Made by a program: the position numbers and the translations under genes
In this document: in pieces, positions 1 to 10,586 of the stretch
How positions within the stretch are numbered: position 1 is the stretch's first letter
Layout of the letters: every line of letters starts with the position of its first letter
Assembly (NCBI RefSeq): GCF_015062915.1
Contig: NZ_SUTJ01000003.1
Coordinates: 33,525 to 97,524 of the forward strand
DNA: 64,000 nt
Source: Methanobrevibacter thaueri
GTDB taxonomy: Archaea > Methanobacteriota > Methanobacteria > Methanobacteriales > Methanobacteriaceae
Reading direction: 5' to 3'
Notes under the pieces: generated by a model
The model's input: only the letters and a program-made list of their open reading frames with translations
What the model was told of the DNA's origin: nothing
The model's database searches: none

Positions 1-9
1 AAATATATT

Positions 10-32
10 GTGAAAGAGCATTTGGAAAGTAA
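10..32 (+). repeat. 23-nt dispersed repeat, copy 1 (GTGAAAGAGCATTTGGAAAGTAA)
   Basis: Matches 36201-36223 (GTGAGAGAGCATTTGGAAACTAA) at 21 of 23 positions. Confidence 0.8.
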
Positions 33-92
33 CAATTATATATACTAAGGTTAATAAAATAGTATTAGAAAATTTAATTAATTGAGGTTAAT

Positions 93-512
93 ATGAGAAA
101 ATCTAGATTAAGCATATTCAAATCTACTTCTATGATGATTTCTGTCGTTGGAATTATTATGATTATCGCAACAATCCTTGTTGTTGCTTATGTGAGTTAT
201 AGTATTGTCTCTTCAGGAATTACAAATGAAATCTCATCTGGAACCCAATATGATGAGCTTGCAGAGCTACAGGCATCATATGACAATCTGTCTGTGAAGT
301 TTGATAGTGTCAAGGCCACATATTATGCCGGTGGCGCTGATGATGTTCAAGTTTACAATGATGCGAAATTAGAGTTGGCACGGGCGGATTCGGCTATTCA
401 AAATGTCAAGAGTGCTTTGGATGCAGGTAAGCCATCTAATGAGGTTGACAGCAGGATTGAATTTGCAAAAGAAGAATTAAAAACCGCTAGTGATGCATAC
501 AATTCACTTTAA
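93..512 (+). CDS. Hypothetical membrane-anchored protein (N-terminal TM helix, helical ectodomain)
   Basis: 139-aa ORF with GAGG RBS. Hydrophobic MISVVGIIMIIATILVVAYV stretch, followed by a T-rich tract after the stop. Confidence 0.75.
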   Translation: MRKSRLSIFKSTSMMISVVGIIMIIATILVVAYVSYSIVSSGITNEISSGTQYDELAELQASYDNLSVKFDSVKATYYAGGADDVQVYNDAKLELARADSAIQNVKSALDAGKPSNEVDSRIEFAKEELKTASDAYNSL

Positions 513-596
513 ATTTTACTTCTTTTTTTCTCTATTTTTTTAAAACAAGTATCTTTTTTTCTTTATGGTGATGATTTTTAATATTATGTGGAATAT

Positions 597-1232
597 TTAG
601 TTTTTCTTCTTTTTCTGGCGTTTGTTTGGCATATATTCCAGGCCTACAACATACATTTCAGAACTTTTCTTACGTGATGATGCAGGTTTTGTGGTTCTCA
701 CATGTCTGAACTTGCCTTTAAGTGAATCCAACATCTCCTTGTATTCAGGGCCCTGGAAAACTTTCATGACAAGATTTCCTTTCGGTTCAAGGATGTTCTC
801 AGCTATTCCAATGACAGTGTAGGTCAAATCGATTGATCTTAACTGGTCGATGTTTTTTATTCCGCACAGTGACGGTGACGCATCAGACATTACAACTTTT
901 GCCTTTCCGCCGATAAGCTTCATGATTTTTGCCTGAACCTCAGGGGTTGTGAAATCCCCTCTGATTCCGAAATAGTTCTCCTCATGGAATTTCTTGAATC
1001 TGTTCAAGTCAACGCCGACAACGATTCCTTCTTCACCTACCTTTTCAAGTGCCACTTGGGACCATCCTCCAGGTGCTGCCCCAAGATCTACCACGGTATT
1101 TCCTTCCTTGATGAGCTTGTACTTTTTATCCAACTGTTTGAGTTTATATGATGCGCGTGAGCGGTAATCTTCCTTTTTAGCTTTTTTATAATACGGGTCA
1201 TTATGCTTTTCCATTTGCCATTTACTTCCCAT
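597..1232 (-). CDS. rlmE: 23S rRNA 2'-O-methyltransferase RlmE/FtsJ
   Basis: [27 protein letters not shown] and [13 protein letters not shown] motifs. Start moved to ATG 1232 (MGSKWQ) behind a GAGG RBS. Confidence 0.93.
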   Translation of the reverse strand: MGSKWQMEKHNDPYYKKAKKEDYRSRASYKLKQLDKKYKLIKEGNTVVDLGAAPGGWSQVALEKVGEEGIVVGVDLNRFKKFHEENYFGIRGDFTTPEVQAKIMKLIGGKAKVVMSDASPSLCGIKNIDQLRSIDLTYTVIGIAENILEPKGNLVMKVFQGPEYKEMLDSLKGKFRHVRTTKPASSRKKSSEMYVVGLEYMPNKRQKKKKN

Positions 1233-1233
1233 T

Positions 1234-1764
1234 TCAATCCCTCTTGTATTGGTCAAAATCAAGTGCGCTGCATACTGGTGCGCCGATTTTTACTATTTCA
1301 ACATCCACTTCCTTGTTGTTGACTTCAAGCAACATTACTGTTCTGTCTGCAAGCCTTGGAACAATAGGGCTTCCAGGATTCACCAATAGGACACCGCCTT
1401 TCTGTTCGATTTTTGGCTGGTGGGAGTGTCCGGAAACAAGAATGTCAACATCCAACTGTTTTGCCAGGTATAGCAATTGGTCTGTGTCTGCCCTTGGATA
1501 GACTTCTCCATGAACAACGCCAATTCTCAGTCCTTCCGCTTCTATAACCTTGGCTTTTGGAAGGTCTATTCCATTAACCCTATCCATATTTCCCTGAACG
1601 GCCATGACTGGTGCTATGTTTTCAAGCTCTTCAATGACTTTCGGTGAAGTCAAATCTCCTGCATGGATTATCAATTCAACATTTTCAAATGCTTCAATTA
1701 CTTTTTCAGGCAATTCTCTTGCCCTGTCAGGTATATGGGTGTCTGAAATTAAACCAATTAACAT
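1234..1764 (-). CDS. Metallophosphoesterase, YfcE/MJ0936 family
   Basis: SDTH, HAGD, GNMD, HG and GHSH motifs. Coupled to rlmE. Start at ATG 1764. Confidence 0.88.
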   Translation of the reverse strand: MLIGLISDTHIPDRARELPEKVIEAFENVELIIHAGDLTSPKVIEELENIAPVMAVQGNMDRVNGIDLPKAKVIEAEGLRIGVVHGEVYPRADTDQLLYLAKQLDVDILVSGHSHQPKIEQKGGVLLVNPGSPIVPRLADRTVMLLEVNNKEVDVEIVKIGAPVCSALDFDQYKRD

Positions 1765-1887
1765 TTTTTTCAATCCTTAATTATTCATGTTATATTTTGT
1801 TAATTATCTCTATTAAAATTAATTAAAAAAACTTTATTAATTGTTATAAATATAAATATTATCATCATTCTTTTAGGAGAAGATAAA

Positions 1888-2979
1888 ATGGGAGAAGTTA
1901 AAAAGGAAGATATTTTAGATATTTTGGCTAAATATGACAAAAGTGAAATCACAATAGCCACTCTCGGAAGCCACACCTCCTTACACATTCTTCAAGGTGC
2001 AAAGGAAGAAGGATTTAGAACAGCTATTGTATGTCAAAAGGGAAGAGAAATTCCATATCAACGTTTTGGAGTAGCTGATGAATACATCATCGTCGATGAA
2101 TTCAAGGACATCGTCAATGAGGATGTACAGCAAAAACTCAGAGACATGAATGCAATCGTTGTTCCTCATGGATCTTTTGTCGCATATGCTGGTCTTGATA
2201 ATGTTGAAGACAAGTTCAACGTCCCAATGTTCGGAAACAGAGACGTGCTCAGATGGGAAGCTGAAAGAGACAAGGAAAGAGCACTGCTCGTTGAAGGTGA
2301 TGTAAGAATACCATTCAAATACGACAGTCCTGACCAAATCGACCGTCCTGTAATGGTCAAGTTCCCAGGTGCAAGAGGAGGAAGAGGTTACTTTGTAGCA
2401 TCATCCACCGAAGAATTTGACGCAAAAATCGAAGCAATGAAAGCACGTGGATGGTTAGAAGACAGTGATGTTGAAGCAGCACACATTGAAGAATACGTTT
2501 CAGGTTGTAACTACTGTATCCACTATTTCTACTCAGCACTTGACGATACAGTTGAACTGATGGGTATGGACACAAGATACGAATCCAGTATTGACGGATT
2601 TGTAAGAATGCCTGCTAAAGACCAACTTGACATTGATTTAAGCCCATCCTATGTTGTAACCGGTAACCACCCTGCTGTAATTCGTGAATCATTACTTCCA
2701 CAAGTGTTCGACATTGCAGACAAATTAACTGAAAGCGCTAAAAAACTAGTTGCACCAGGATTAAACGGTCCATTCTGTATGCAAACATTAGTAAATGATA
2801 ATTTAGAAGTAATCTGTTTCGAAATCAGTGCCAGAACTGATGGTGGAACTAACACTTTCATGGATGGTTCTCCTTACTCCTACTTAACCTATGGTAAACC
2901 AATGAGTATGGGTAGAAGAATTGCTCTTGAAATCAAACGTGGTATAGAAAGAGATGAATTAGAAAAAATAATAACATAG
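1888..2979 (+). CDS. purP: Formate-dependent FAICAR synthetase PurP (ATP-grasp)
   Basis: IATLGSHTSLHIL, VKFPGARGGRGYF, GNHPAVIRESLL, FEISARTDGGTN and MSMGRRIALEIK. Confidence 0.9.
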   Translation: MGEVKKEDILDILAKYDKSEITIATLGSHTSLHILQGAKEEGFRTAIVCQKGREIPYQRFGVADEYIIVDEFKDIVNEDVQQKLRDMNAIVVPHGSFVAYAGLDNVEDKFNVPMFGNRDVLRWEAERDKERALLVEGDVRIPFKYDSPDQIDRPVMVKFPGARGGRGYFVASSTEEFDAKIEAMKARGWLEDSDVEAAHIEEYVSGCNYCIHYFYSALDDTVELMGMDTRYESSIDGFVRMPAKDQLDIDLSPSYVVTGNHPAVIRESLLPQVFDIADKLTESAKKLVAPGLNGPFCMQTLVNDNLEVICFEISARTDGGTNTFMDGSPYSYLTYGKPMSMGRRIALEIKRGIERDELEKIIT

Positions 2980-2984
2980 AGTTA

Positions 2985-3410
2985 TTATTTATTCTTTTTA
3001 TTTTTATTTTTGTTTTTGTTTTTATTTTTGCCTATTTTTTGTTGTTTTTCGTATTCAGCCATTGCTTTCATGCGGTCTCTTTTTGCCCAAGCACCAACAA
3101 GTCCGACCAAAGCACCAACTAGAAGGATAATTGCTGTTACAGCCAATATTCCATTTTCTGTTACGAAAAATCCTGAAGCGGTTCCCATGTATCCTTGTAA
3201 TGTCAATACTACAATTGGGGTTGCTCCAAGTGCACCTAATATTGCTCCTTTTTTAATGCTATTTTGTCCATATCCAATGTATAACAGTCCTATTGCTGAG
3301 AATGGGTAAAGCCATTCGTTCTTGAATTGCCATCCGAATATGATGAATGCGGCAGCTATTGCAGCACCAAATACTAAAGCCTTAATATCAATGTCCATGT
3401 CATATCTCAT
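2985..3410 (-). CDS. Small membrane protein with basic (KN)n C-terminal tail
   Basis: 141 aa, about 4 hydrophobic helices, GGAG RBS. Downstream of a similar small membrane gene. Confidence 0.7.
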   Translation of the reverse strand: MRYDMDIDIKALVFGAAIAAAFIIFGWQFKNEWLYPFSAIGLLYIGYGQNSIKKGAILGALGATPIVVLTLQGYMGTASGFFVTENGILAVTAIILLVGALVGLVGAWAKRDRMKAMAEYEKQQKIGKNKNKNKNKNKKNK

Positions 3411-3426
3411 GCTTTATCTCCAAAAC

Positions 3427-3795
3427 TTATTTTTTAGAAGCTATTGCCCCTCCAACAGCTCCAGTAATTCCCATAACTATTGCATAATAAATCAAATATC
3501 CAATAATTGTGACTATGCTTGCAATTCCGGAAACGGTAAATCCTGTCAATCCTCCAAAGATTCCAAGTACACTTCCTCCGAAAGTTGCGGCAAAGATGAA
3601 TAATATTGCTGCAACGATTGTGCCCAATGCGCCTGCAACGGCAGCATTCCACAAACCACCTAACGCACCGCTATGTGCGATGTAGCCTGTGATGAATCCG
3701 ACAATCAACAATCCAATAAATTCATACTGTGCAAAAAATGATTTTACGAACACTGCTAATATGAAACCTGTTATTACTGCGCTCCATTTAGTCAT
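3427..3795 (-). CDS. Gly-rich small membrane protein (DUF5518-like)
   Basis: 122 aa with 4 Gly/Ala-rich TM segments and an AGGTGA RBS. Confidence 0.7.
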   Translation of the reverse strand: MTKWSAVITGFILAVFVKSFFAQYEFIGLLIVGFITGYIAHSGALGGLWNAAVAGALGTIVAAILFIFAATFGGSVLGIFGGLTGFTVSGIASIVTIIGYLIYYAIVMGITGAVGGAIASKK

Positions 3796-3857
3796 AATAT
3801 CACCTTTTAATATAACTATCTAATTTCAGTTATAAAAGTATTTATTTTTAATTTTGA

Positions 3858-6455
3858 TTAATAGATGTCCTTCAGCTTATCTTTGATTTGATCAAGGATT
3901 GCCTGATGCATTCTTTTTGTAAACTCTCCCTTGTCATTTTGATTTAAAACATCAAGATATCCCTGTGAAACCAGATTGAATGCAAATGGGCTTGGAATTA
4001 CAGTGTTTATGGTTTTGATTTCCATTTCTCCACTGTCTACCATATTGATGACCTTCAATGCATTTTTGATATCCATATAATCCTCTGTGGCTTCCCTTCT
4101 TGACTCTTTTAGGATAGGGAAATCGTTATCCATTTCCTGCACGAACTTAAGCAGGATCTTTCCCCTCACCTGCTGGCGTCCAACGGATTTAGACTCTCCC
4201 TTGTATCTTCTAAGGGTCATGAGCGACCTTCCCGCACAATGGCGGAACCTTGAAGCCAGTGTTTCTGTTTTATTCAATGAATTGGTGAGTATCCTTTCAA
4301 AATTCTCAGGATTCAACTCTTTAAAGGATTCCAAACCTCCGATTGTGCCGTCTGAACTCAAATAGAATCCATTATCGGAAATTGAAATGGTAATGTTGGT
4401 GTTGTACCTTTGAGCCACAACATAAGCGACAGCCCTTGAAAGTGCGTCGTTGACCTTTCTTCCAAACAGTGAATGGAATATTACAAAACGCCTGTCTCCG
4501 AATCCTCTATAGTATTCTATCAATAGGCATCGATTGGATGGGATTTTCGCATACTTGTACTGTTCTACAAAGTATTCATAGATGGAATTGGCTGCAAAGT
4601 CATCAACATACAGGTAATCATAAATGAATTCCATAATCTCTTCCTTGCTTCTTCTGTATTCGAATTTGGATTCCATATATGATCTGAACCTTTGAATTTC
4701 CATTGCAAGGTCAAATGACAATGGGAGTTGCTGTGAAAACCATGAGGGTATTGTTGGCGGCCCATTGGCGGGTGTCACGTTGATTGTCATTCCCTTTGCA
4801 TAATTGAACCTGAAGGTTCTTCCTCCCAAAACGAAAGTGTCTCCCTTCTTAAGCCTTTCCATGAATGACTCTTCAATCTTTCCAACGGTTTCCCCATCAT
4901 ATTTGACTAGAACTCCTGATGAATCAGGTATTGTTCCAATATTTGTTGAATAAAGCATTCTTGCCAATTTTCCACGCTTTCCGAAAGTGTTCTCCTTATA
5001 GTCAATCCATATCTTTGCATAAACGTAACGCTCTTCAAGCTCAGGGTATTCTCCGGCCATATAACTCAGGACGTCCTCATAATCGTCTCTTGTGAGATCC
5101 TTGTAGCAGTAGCTTTTGCGTATCACGTCATAGGCGTAATCGATGTCCCATGGATTTTCTATACTCATTCCGTAAATGTGCTGTGCCAGAACGTCAAGGC
5201 AATTTCTAGGAATGTTGATTCTGTCAATCTTGCCTTCCTTTGCATTTTTAAGTAAAACTGAACACTCCACCAAATCGTCACGGTCAGTCACTATGATTCT
5301 TCCCTTTGATTTCTCATGCAGTCTGTGTCCGCTTCTTCCAATCCTTTGAAGGGCTCTTGCAACTGATTTCGGTGAGTTTATAAGAACTACAAGGTCAATG
5401 TAACCGATGTCTATTCCAAGCTCGAGGGATGTTGATGAAACCACTGCCTTCAATTTCCCTTCCTTCAGCTTGTTTTCCGTTTCCAGACGAACTTCCTTTG
5501 ACAGGGAGGAGTGGTGAGCCATTATATTGGAATCATTGTAGTTCATTGGATACATTTTCTTTAGATTGTAAACGAACCTTTCTGTTCCGCTACGGGTATT
5601 TGTGAATATTAATGTGGTCTTGTTTTCCTGAATCAGGTCATCTAACAGGTCATACATTCCTAAACGTGTGTCCTCCTCATCGGCAAGCACGATATCGCTT
5701 ACTGGACACATCACTTCCATGTCAAGCTCCTTTAAATAGTTTATGTTGACAATCTTGCAGTTTCGCTCGACTCCATACTCGTATCCCACAAGGAACTTGG
5801 CAACTTCCTCAATCGGACTTACTGTTGCAGACAATCCGATTCTTGTGTATTGGCCTATTAAGTGTTGCAGTCTTTCCAGGGATAGGCTTAAGTGAACTCC
5901 CCTCTTGTTTTCAGCCAGTGAGTGGATCTCGTCAATGATTACATATTTGACATGGCTTAGCTTTTCCCTGAATTTCGGAGCCACAAGAAGTATTGACAAT
6001 GTTTCCGGAGTTGTGATAAGTATATGCGGCGGCTTTTTAAGCATCTTCTGCCTTTGATATTGTGTTGTGTCACCGGTCCTCACTGCCTTTCTGATTCCTA
6101 ATTTTTTGCCGGCTATCTTTTCAATTCCGTCCAACGGCTCGTCAAGGTTCTTTTCAATATCGTTGTCCAGTGCCTTTAATGGGGAGATGTAAATGCAGTA
6201 GACCTTATCCTCCAGCTGTTCCTTTTCTGCAAGGGTTGTCAGTTCGCTGATTACTGATAGAAATGCTGTTAAGGTCTTACCGGAACCTGTAGGTGATGAG
6301 ATTAGTACGTTGTTTTTCTTGTGAATGTCTATGATTGATTTTTTCTGTGCAGGTGTAAAGTCTTCAAAGTTTGATTCAAACCACTGTTCAACCCACGGAT
6401 GGAGAATTTTGTAGATTTGTTTTTTTGAATAACTTTTTGTTTGCTCTTCAATCAT
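3858..6455 (-). CDS. lhr: ATP-dependent helicase Lhr (Lhr-Core)
   Basis: [38 protein letters not shown]-like and QRIGRSGH motifs; 865 aa. Confidence 0.92.
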   Translation of the reverse strand: MIEEQTKSYSKKQIYKILHPWVEQWFESNFEDFTPAQKKSIIDIHKKNNVLISSPTGSGKTLTAFLSVISELTTLAEKEQLEDKVYCIYISPLKALDNDIEKNLDEPLDGIEKIAGKKLGIRKAVRTGDTTQYQRQKMLKKPPHILITTPETLSILLVAPKFREKLSHVKYVIIDEIHSLAENKRGVHLSLSLERLQHLIGQYTRIGLSATVSPIEEVAKFLVGYEYGVERNCKIVNINYLKELDMEVMCPVSDIVLADEEDTRLGMYDLLDDLIQENKTTLIFTNTRSGTERFVYNLKKMYPMNYNDSNIMAHHSSLSKEVRLETENKLKEGKLKAVVSSTSLELGIDIGYIDLVVLINSPKSVARALQRIGRSGHRLHEKSKGRIIVTDRDDLVECSVLLKNAKEGKIDRINIPRNCLDVLAQHIYGMSIENPWDIDYAYDVIRKSYCYKDLTRDDYEDVLSYMAGEYPELEERYVYAKIWIDYKENTFGKRGKLARMLYSTNIGTIPDSSGVLVKYDGETVGKIEESFMERLKKGDTFVLGGRTFRFNYAKGMTINVTPANGPPTIPSWFSQQLPLSFDLAMEIQRFRSYMESKFEYRRSKEEIMEFIYDYLYVDDFAANSIYEYFVEQYKYAKIPSNRCLLIEYYRGFGDRRFVIFHSLFGRKVNDALSRAVAYVVAQRYNTNITISISDNGFYLSSDGTIGGLESFKELNPENFERILTNSLNKTETLASRFRHCAGRSLMTLRRYKGESKSVGRQQVRGKILLKFVQEMDNDFPILKESRREATEDYMDIKNALKVINMVDSGEMEIKTINTVIPSPFAFNLVSQGYLDVLNQNDKGEFTKRMHQAILDQIKDKLKDIY

Positions 6456-6727
6456 TTATTTTCCTCATTCTTTTCAATTGGTTTATGTAAATTTAATTAT
6501 TCAATTATATTAACTTTTTTTGTTCAGTCACATATTTTTGATGAATTTTTTGATACACCTAAACTTTTTATCGAACATATTATGGTCAGTTAAATAAAAT
6601 CGTCTAATAAATTTTACAAAATATTGAATATTTTTTTATTATTTCATGATTTTTCTAGATAAAAATTATTAAATACTTTAATGTTTAAATATTTATACAT
6701 AGGCTATATGCCTAAGGTGGTAATAAA

Positions 6728-7498
6728 ATGAATGATTTATTTAACTTACAAGGACAAGTAGCAGTAGTAAGTGGAGCTTCCTCCGGTATCGGAGTAGACA
6801 TGGCAAAAGCATACGCAAGATATGGTGCTGACATTGTAATTACCGGAAGAAGGAAAGAAAGATTAGACCAAGTAGCAGAAGAAATCAAAGAAATTGGTGT
6901 AGACTGCATTGGTGTAGTTTGTGACGTAACCGACACTGAAAGTGTAGAAAACTGTGTAAAAGAAATCATGGACCACTTTGGAAGAATAGACATTCTCCAC
7001 AACAACGCAGGATACGGTGCAACTAAAGAAGCAGAATTATTAACTGACGAAGAATGGAACATGACCGTAGACGTTGACTTAACCGGTACCTTCAAAATGT
7101 CAAGAGCAGTTGCACGTGAAGCAATGATTCCACAAAAATACGGAAGAATCATCAACACTGCATCCATGTTCGGTTTAGTAGGAACCATGGCAACACCAAC
7201 TTCCCCATACGCAGCAGCAAAAGGAGGAGTTGTAAACCTTACCAGACAATTAGCAGCAGAATGGGCAAAATACAACATTACTGTAAACGCAATCTGTCCT
7301 GGTACTTTCCCAACTGAACTCACCCGTTCAACTATTGACAACGACGAATACAAAGCATACACCAAAACCGTTGTGCCTGTTGGAAGATCCGGTGTGGACG
7401 GAGAATTAGACTCAACCGTTGTTTACTTAGCATCCCCTAAATCCAGTTACGTAACTGGACAAGCTATTGCTGTAGACGGTGGATACACCTGTATCTAA
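6728..7498 (+). CDS. Classical SDR oxidoreductase (gluconate 5-dehydrogenase/FabG-like, probably NADP(H))
   Basis: SGASSGIG, GRR, NNAG, YAAAK, VNAICPG and VDGG motifs. Confidence 0.9.
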   Translation: MNDLFNLQGQVAVVSGASSGIGVDMAKAYARYGADIVITGRRKERLDQVAEEIKEIGVDCIGVVCDVTDTESVENCVKEIMDHFGRIDILHNNAGYGATKEAELLTDEEWNMTVDVDLTGTFKMSRAVAREAMIPQKYGRIINTASMFGLVGTMATPTSPYAAAKGGVVNLTRQLAAEWAKYNITVNAICPGTFPTELTRSTIDNDEYKAYTKTVVPVGRSGVDGELDSTVVYLASPKSSYVTGQAIAVDGGYTCI

Positions 7499-7524
7499 AT
7501 TTAAAATAGTATTTAATGCTATTC

Positions 7525-7549
7525 AAATAAGAGATTCATTCTCTTATTT
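7525..7549 (+). terminator. Hairpin plus T-tract after the SDR gene
   Basis: Perfect 10-bp stem AAATAAGAGA/TCTCTTATTT with a 5-nt loop, followed by T runs. Confidence 0.6.
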
Positions 7550-7620
7550 ATTTTACTTTTTTTGTAAACTTTTTTTTAAATTCAAATATTTTTATATATG
7601 CTTAAAATCTAACTAATATC

Positions 7621-8469
7621 ATGCCAAATTTAAGTTTTGAACAGGCCATTAACAATTTATCTGATGATGATGTTAAGGTTAGAAAAGAAGCAATAGAGTC
7701 ATTGGTTGGAATAACTGATGAGAATGCTATTGAACCATTGATTAAAGCCACCACTGATGAAAGCGCTCAAGTAAGGTTTAAGGCCGCTGAAATTTTAGGA
7801 AACATGGGCGAAGTGGCTGTTGACAAATTAATTGAAGAATTTGAAAATGCAGAAGGTAAAGACAAACGCTTCCTTGCATTTGCACTTAAAGAAACCGGTG
7901 ATGAAAAGGTCATCCCATACTTTGTTGGCGCAACTAATGATGAAGACTTTGGTGTTAGAAAAGTTGCAGTGCGCTCATTAGGTGAACTTCAGGCTGAAAG
8001 CGAATTGGATGCTATATCAAAATGCCTCGAGGATGAGGACTGGGGTGTAAGGCTCGCAGCCATTCAGGCATTAGGAGACATTGCAACAGATGATTCAATC
8101 AAACTGATCAAGGATGCACGTAAGGCTGAAAGCGACAAGGACTTTAAGAAATCCTGTAACAAGGCAATCAAAAAGGCTCAAAAAAGGCAAAAGGCAAAAG
8201 CATCCGGTGAAGAAGTAGTGTCATTGATTCCAATGAGCACCCTTAAGGAAATGGAAAAGACTAATGTCCAAAAGGCAATCAAGGGTTATGAAAGCTACGT
8301 TGAATCAAAACAAGCAAAAGACGCACCATATAAAAGATTATGCGTACTATACAGAAAAGCTAATGACTATGACAATGAAGTCAGAGTCATAAAAACAGCA
8401 TGTGAAGTCTTTGCAGACAACGATAAAAAATTATCATACTTTGAAAAAAGATTGGCTAAACTAGAGTAG
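7621..8469 (+). CDS. HEAT-repeat (PBS lyase-like) protein with C-terminal TPR-like segment
   Basis: Repeated D-x-x-VR-x-x-A-x-x-x-LG units (DVKVRKEAIESL, AQVRFKAAEILG, FGVRKVAVRSLG, WGVRLAAIQALG). Confidence 0.85.
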   Translation: MPNLSFEQAINNLSDDDVKVRKEAIESLVGITDENAIEPLIKATTDESAQVRFKAAEILGNMGEVAVDKLIEEFENAEGKDKRFLAFALKETGDEKVIPYFVGATNDEDFGVRKVAVRSLGELQAESELDAISKCLEDEDWGVRLAAIQALGDIATDDSIKLIKDARKAESDKDFKKSCNKAIKKAQKRQKAKASGEEVVSLIPMSTLKEMEKTNVQKAIKGYESYVESKQAKDAPYKRLCVLYRKANDYDNEVRVIKTACEVFADNDKKLSYFEKRLAKLE

Positions 8470-9285
8470 TTTAGTTTCGTAGAGATCTTTCCTTTTATTC
8501 TTTAAAAGCGGAAGCTCTTCCCTTATTTTTTTTATTTCACTCAAGTCAATATCACAGAATATAATCTGCTCTTTTTCATCCGCCTGGGTTAAAATCTCTC
8601 CCCAAGGACTTGTGACTATTGAATGGCCATAGCTGTGATAGCTTGCATCCTTATTCAATGCAGGTGCAACGCCGACACAATAGCACTGATTGTCCAATGC
8701 CCTTGACCTAAAGAGCAATTCCCAGTGTGCAGGACCTGTGGTCATGTTGAATGCACCCGGATAGAACAGTATCAATGCACCATTTTCAACCATTATTCTT
8801 GCAAGCTCAGGGAAACGCACGTCATAGCATATTCCAATGCCAATATTACCAAACTCTGTTTCGGCAACGGTAAACTCATCACCGGCGGTCAGCACATCAG
8901 ACTCCTTAAAGGTAATCTTATCCTTAACGTCAATGTCGAAAAGATGCATTTTTCTGTGCTTTGCTATTATTGATCCTGTCCTGTCAAACAGGTAACTGGT
9001 ATTGTACAGGCAGTCATTTTCATACTCGGGAATTGACCCTGCCAGAATATAGACATGATTTTCACTAGCCAACTTGGAAATGCTTTTTAATGTGTCGCTT
9101 TCACTTTCACTTTCACCATACTCGATGAATTTGTCGTTTGAATATGGGCAGTTAAACATTTCAGGCAGAACTATAAAATCAGCGTCATTGTTTGCACTAT
9201 CGATTATCATTGAGGTGGCGGTTTCAATATTGGCTTTCTTATTGTCAACGACGTTCATTTGACAAAGAGATAGTTTAATTTTCAT
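8461..9285 (-). CDS. Carbon-nitrogen hydrolase (nitrilase superfamily, omega-amidase/Nit2-like)
   Basis: E-K-C triad in LPEMF, HRKMHLFD and GICYDVRFPE. Confidence 0.9.
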   Translation of the reverse strand: MKIKLSLCQMNVVDNKKANIETATSMIIDSANNDADFIVLPEMFNCPYSNDKFIEYGESESESDTLKSISKLASENHVYILAGSIPEYENDCLYNTSYLFDRTGSIIAKHRKMHLFDIDVKDKITFKESDVLTAGDEFTVAETEFGNIGIGICYDVRFPELARIMVENGALILFYPGAFNMTTGPAHWELLFRSRALDNQCYCVGVAPALNKDASYHSYGHSIVTSPWGEILTQADEKEQIIFCDIDLSEIKKIREELPLLKNKRKDLYETKLL

Positions 9286-9327
9286 AATTATCTAAAAAAT
9301 AAGAAAAAAGTATGAAGTTAATCATAC

Positions 9328-10035
9328 TTAAGCGATATTAGCAGTGTTAATCACAGAATCAACGTCTTCGGATGAAACGGCATTCATTGAATCTCCGTTT
9401 ACTTTAAAGACATGGGTAATTCCTTCAGTGAACATTGAAACATAACGAGTGTAATCGCCGTCAGCATCTTCTAAAACAATGTTGGATGCATTTCTGCCGT
9501 CTAGGGTTATTGTTTCAACAAGTTCGACATAAGCGCCTTTTCCTTGCGCAGATGTTAGGATTCCTTGAGATATTTCTTTAATGGAATCAGCACTGCTTGT
9601 CACGTTATAGTATTCAATTGTAACATTATCTTCATTTTGGAAAAACTTTGCTCCAGCATGTTCTAAATCGGTTTCATTGATTTCTTTCCAATCACCAGAA
9701 TATTTAAATGAGAAATCTCCTGTAGAATATTCCATTGCGTTGGCTGTTGCCTGCAATGGTGAACTGGAATTACTGTTATTGCCGGTTCCCATGAGAACGA
9801 TTCCGCAAATAACAATCAAAGTTATAAGTAATATTGCTCCAATAATAAGTTTGTTGTTTTTGATTATACTAATAGTGTCCTCATCATTGGCGTCTTTTTT
9901 AACTTTTGGTTCTTGTTGGAATATATCTTCGCTTTTTGGAGCTACAACCTTTTGTTTTGGAAATTTATAACCGCAATTTCCACAAACAGGAGCACCATCA
10001 TAACTAGGATTTCCACATTCAGGACATTTTTTCAC
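9328..10035 (-). CDS. Zinc-ribbon membrane protein with PsbP-like ectodomain
   Basis: CPECG...CGNCG N-terminus, one TM helix, FSFKYSGDW motif; GTG start behind a GGAGG RBS. Confidence 0.75.
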   Translation of the reverse strand: MKKCPECGNPSYDGAPVCGNCGYKFPKQKVVAPKSEDIFQQEPKVKKDANDEDTISIIKNNKLIIGAILLITLIVICGIVLMGTGNNSNSSSPLQATANAMEYSTGDFSFKYSGDWKEINETDLEHAGAKFFQNEDNVTIEYYNVTSSADSIKEISQGILTSAQGKGAYVELVETITLDGRNASNIVLEDADGDYTRYVSMFTEGITHVFKVNGDSMNAVSSEDVDSVINTANIA

Positions 10036-10106
10036 ACTTTAACCTCCATTAAAATTTACATTTATTAATTATAATATAAAAATATATTTACATAAGGCGT
10101 GATAGT

Positions 10107-10586
10107 ATGGCAGATGAAAAAATTATTAATCTTGATGATATAAATTATGCAGTTTACAGAATAGGCGAGTGGAAAAATCATTATGAAATCAACCAGATCG
10201 GATTGTCAAATGAGGTTCCAGCCACCAAAAACACAGTAATGCACGTTAAATTCTCAATGGATGAAATCAGAAACTCAAAATTCGACATTTCCGATAAGAC
10301 TGTTAATGGTTTTGTGGCCATTGCATTGCAATTGAACTCAAAACTTCAAGAGATGGATTTGGATGAGGTCATTGAACTTGAGGAAAAAGAGTACAAGAAT
10401 ATTCTTGAAGAATTGGATAATTTAGATTTATTAAATGATGAGGATTCCCTTCCATTGGATGGCGAGGATTATCTTATTTTTAAATTGGAAAAGGATTGTC
10501 ATGTGACAATTTCAATTCCTGCAAATGATTTTACAAAAAATCACTTCGAGAATGAAGTTAAAAAAATAGAAGATGCATTAGATTAG
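10107..10586 (+). CDS. Acidic hypothetical protein
   Basis: 159-aa ATG ORF with native codon usage filling the gap between two genes. Confidence 0.7.
   Translation: MADEKIINLDDINYAVYRIGEWKNHYEINQIGLSNEVPATKNTVMHVKFSMDEIRNSKFDISDKTVNGFVAIALQLNSKLQEMDLDEVIELEEKEYKNILEELDNLDLLNDEDSLPLDGEDYLIFKLEKDCHVTISIPANDFTKNHFENEVKKIEDALD

Noticed and set aside
2994-3030. TTTTT(A/G) hexamer repeat
   Set aside because: It simply encodes the KNKNKNK tail and may double as a terminator for convergent purP; it is not a phase-variable tract in a meaningful position.
6712-7365. 217-aa antisense ORF opposite the SDR, plus the other short shadow ORFs in the track (e.g. 32052-32513, 47518-47862, 48193-48621, 58303-58767, 62865-63350)
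   Set aside because: They overlap well-supported genes, lack RBS and motifs, and are expected from codon bias.
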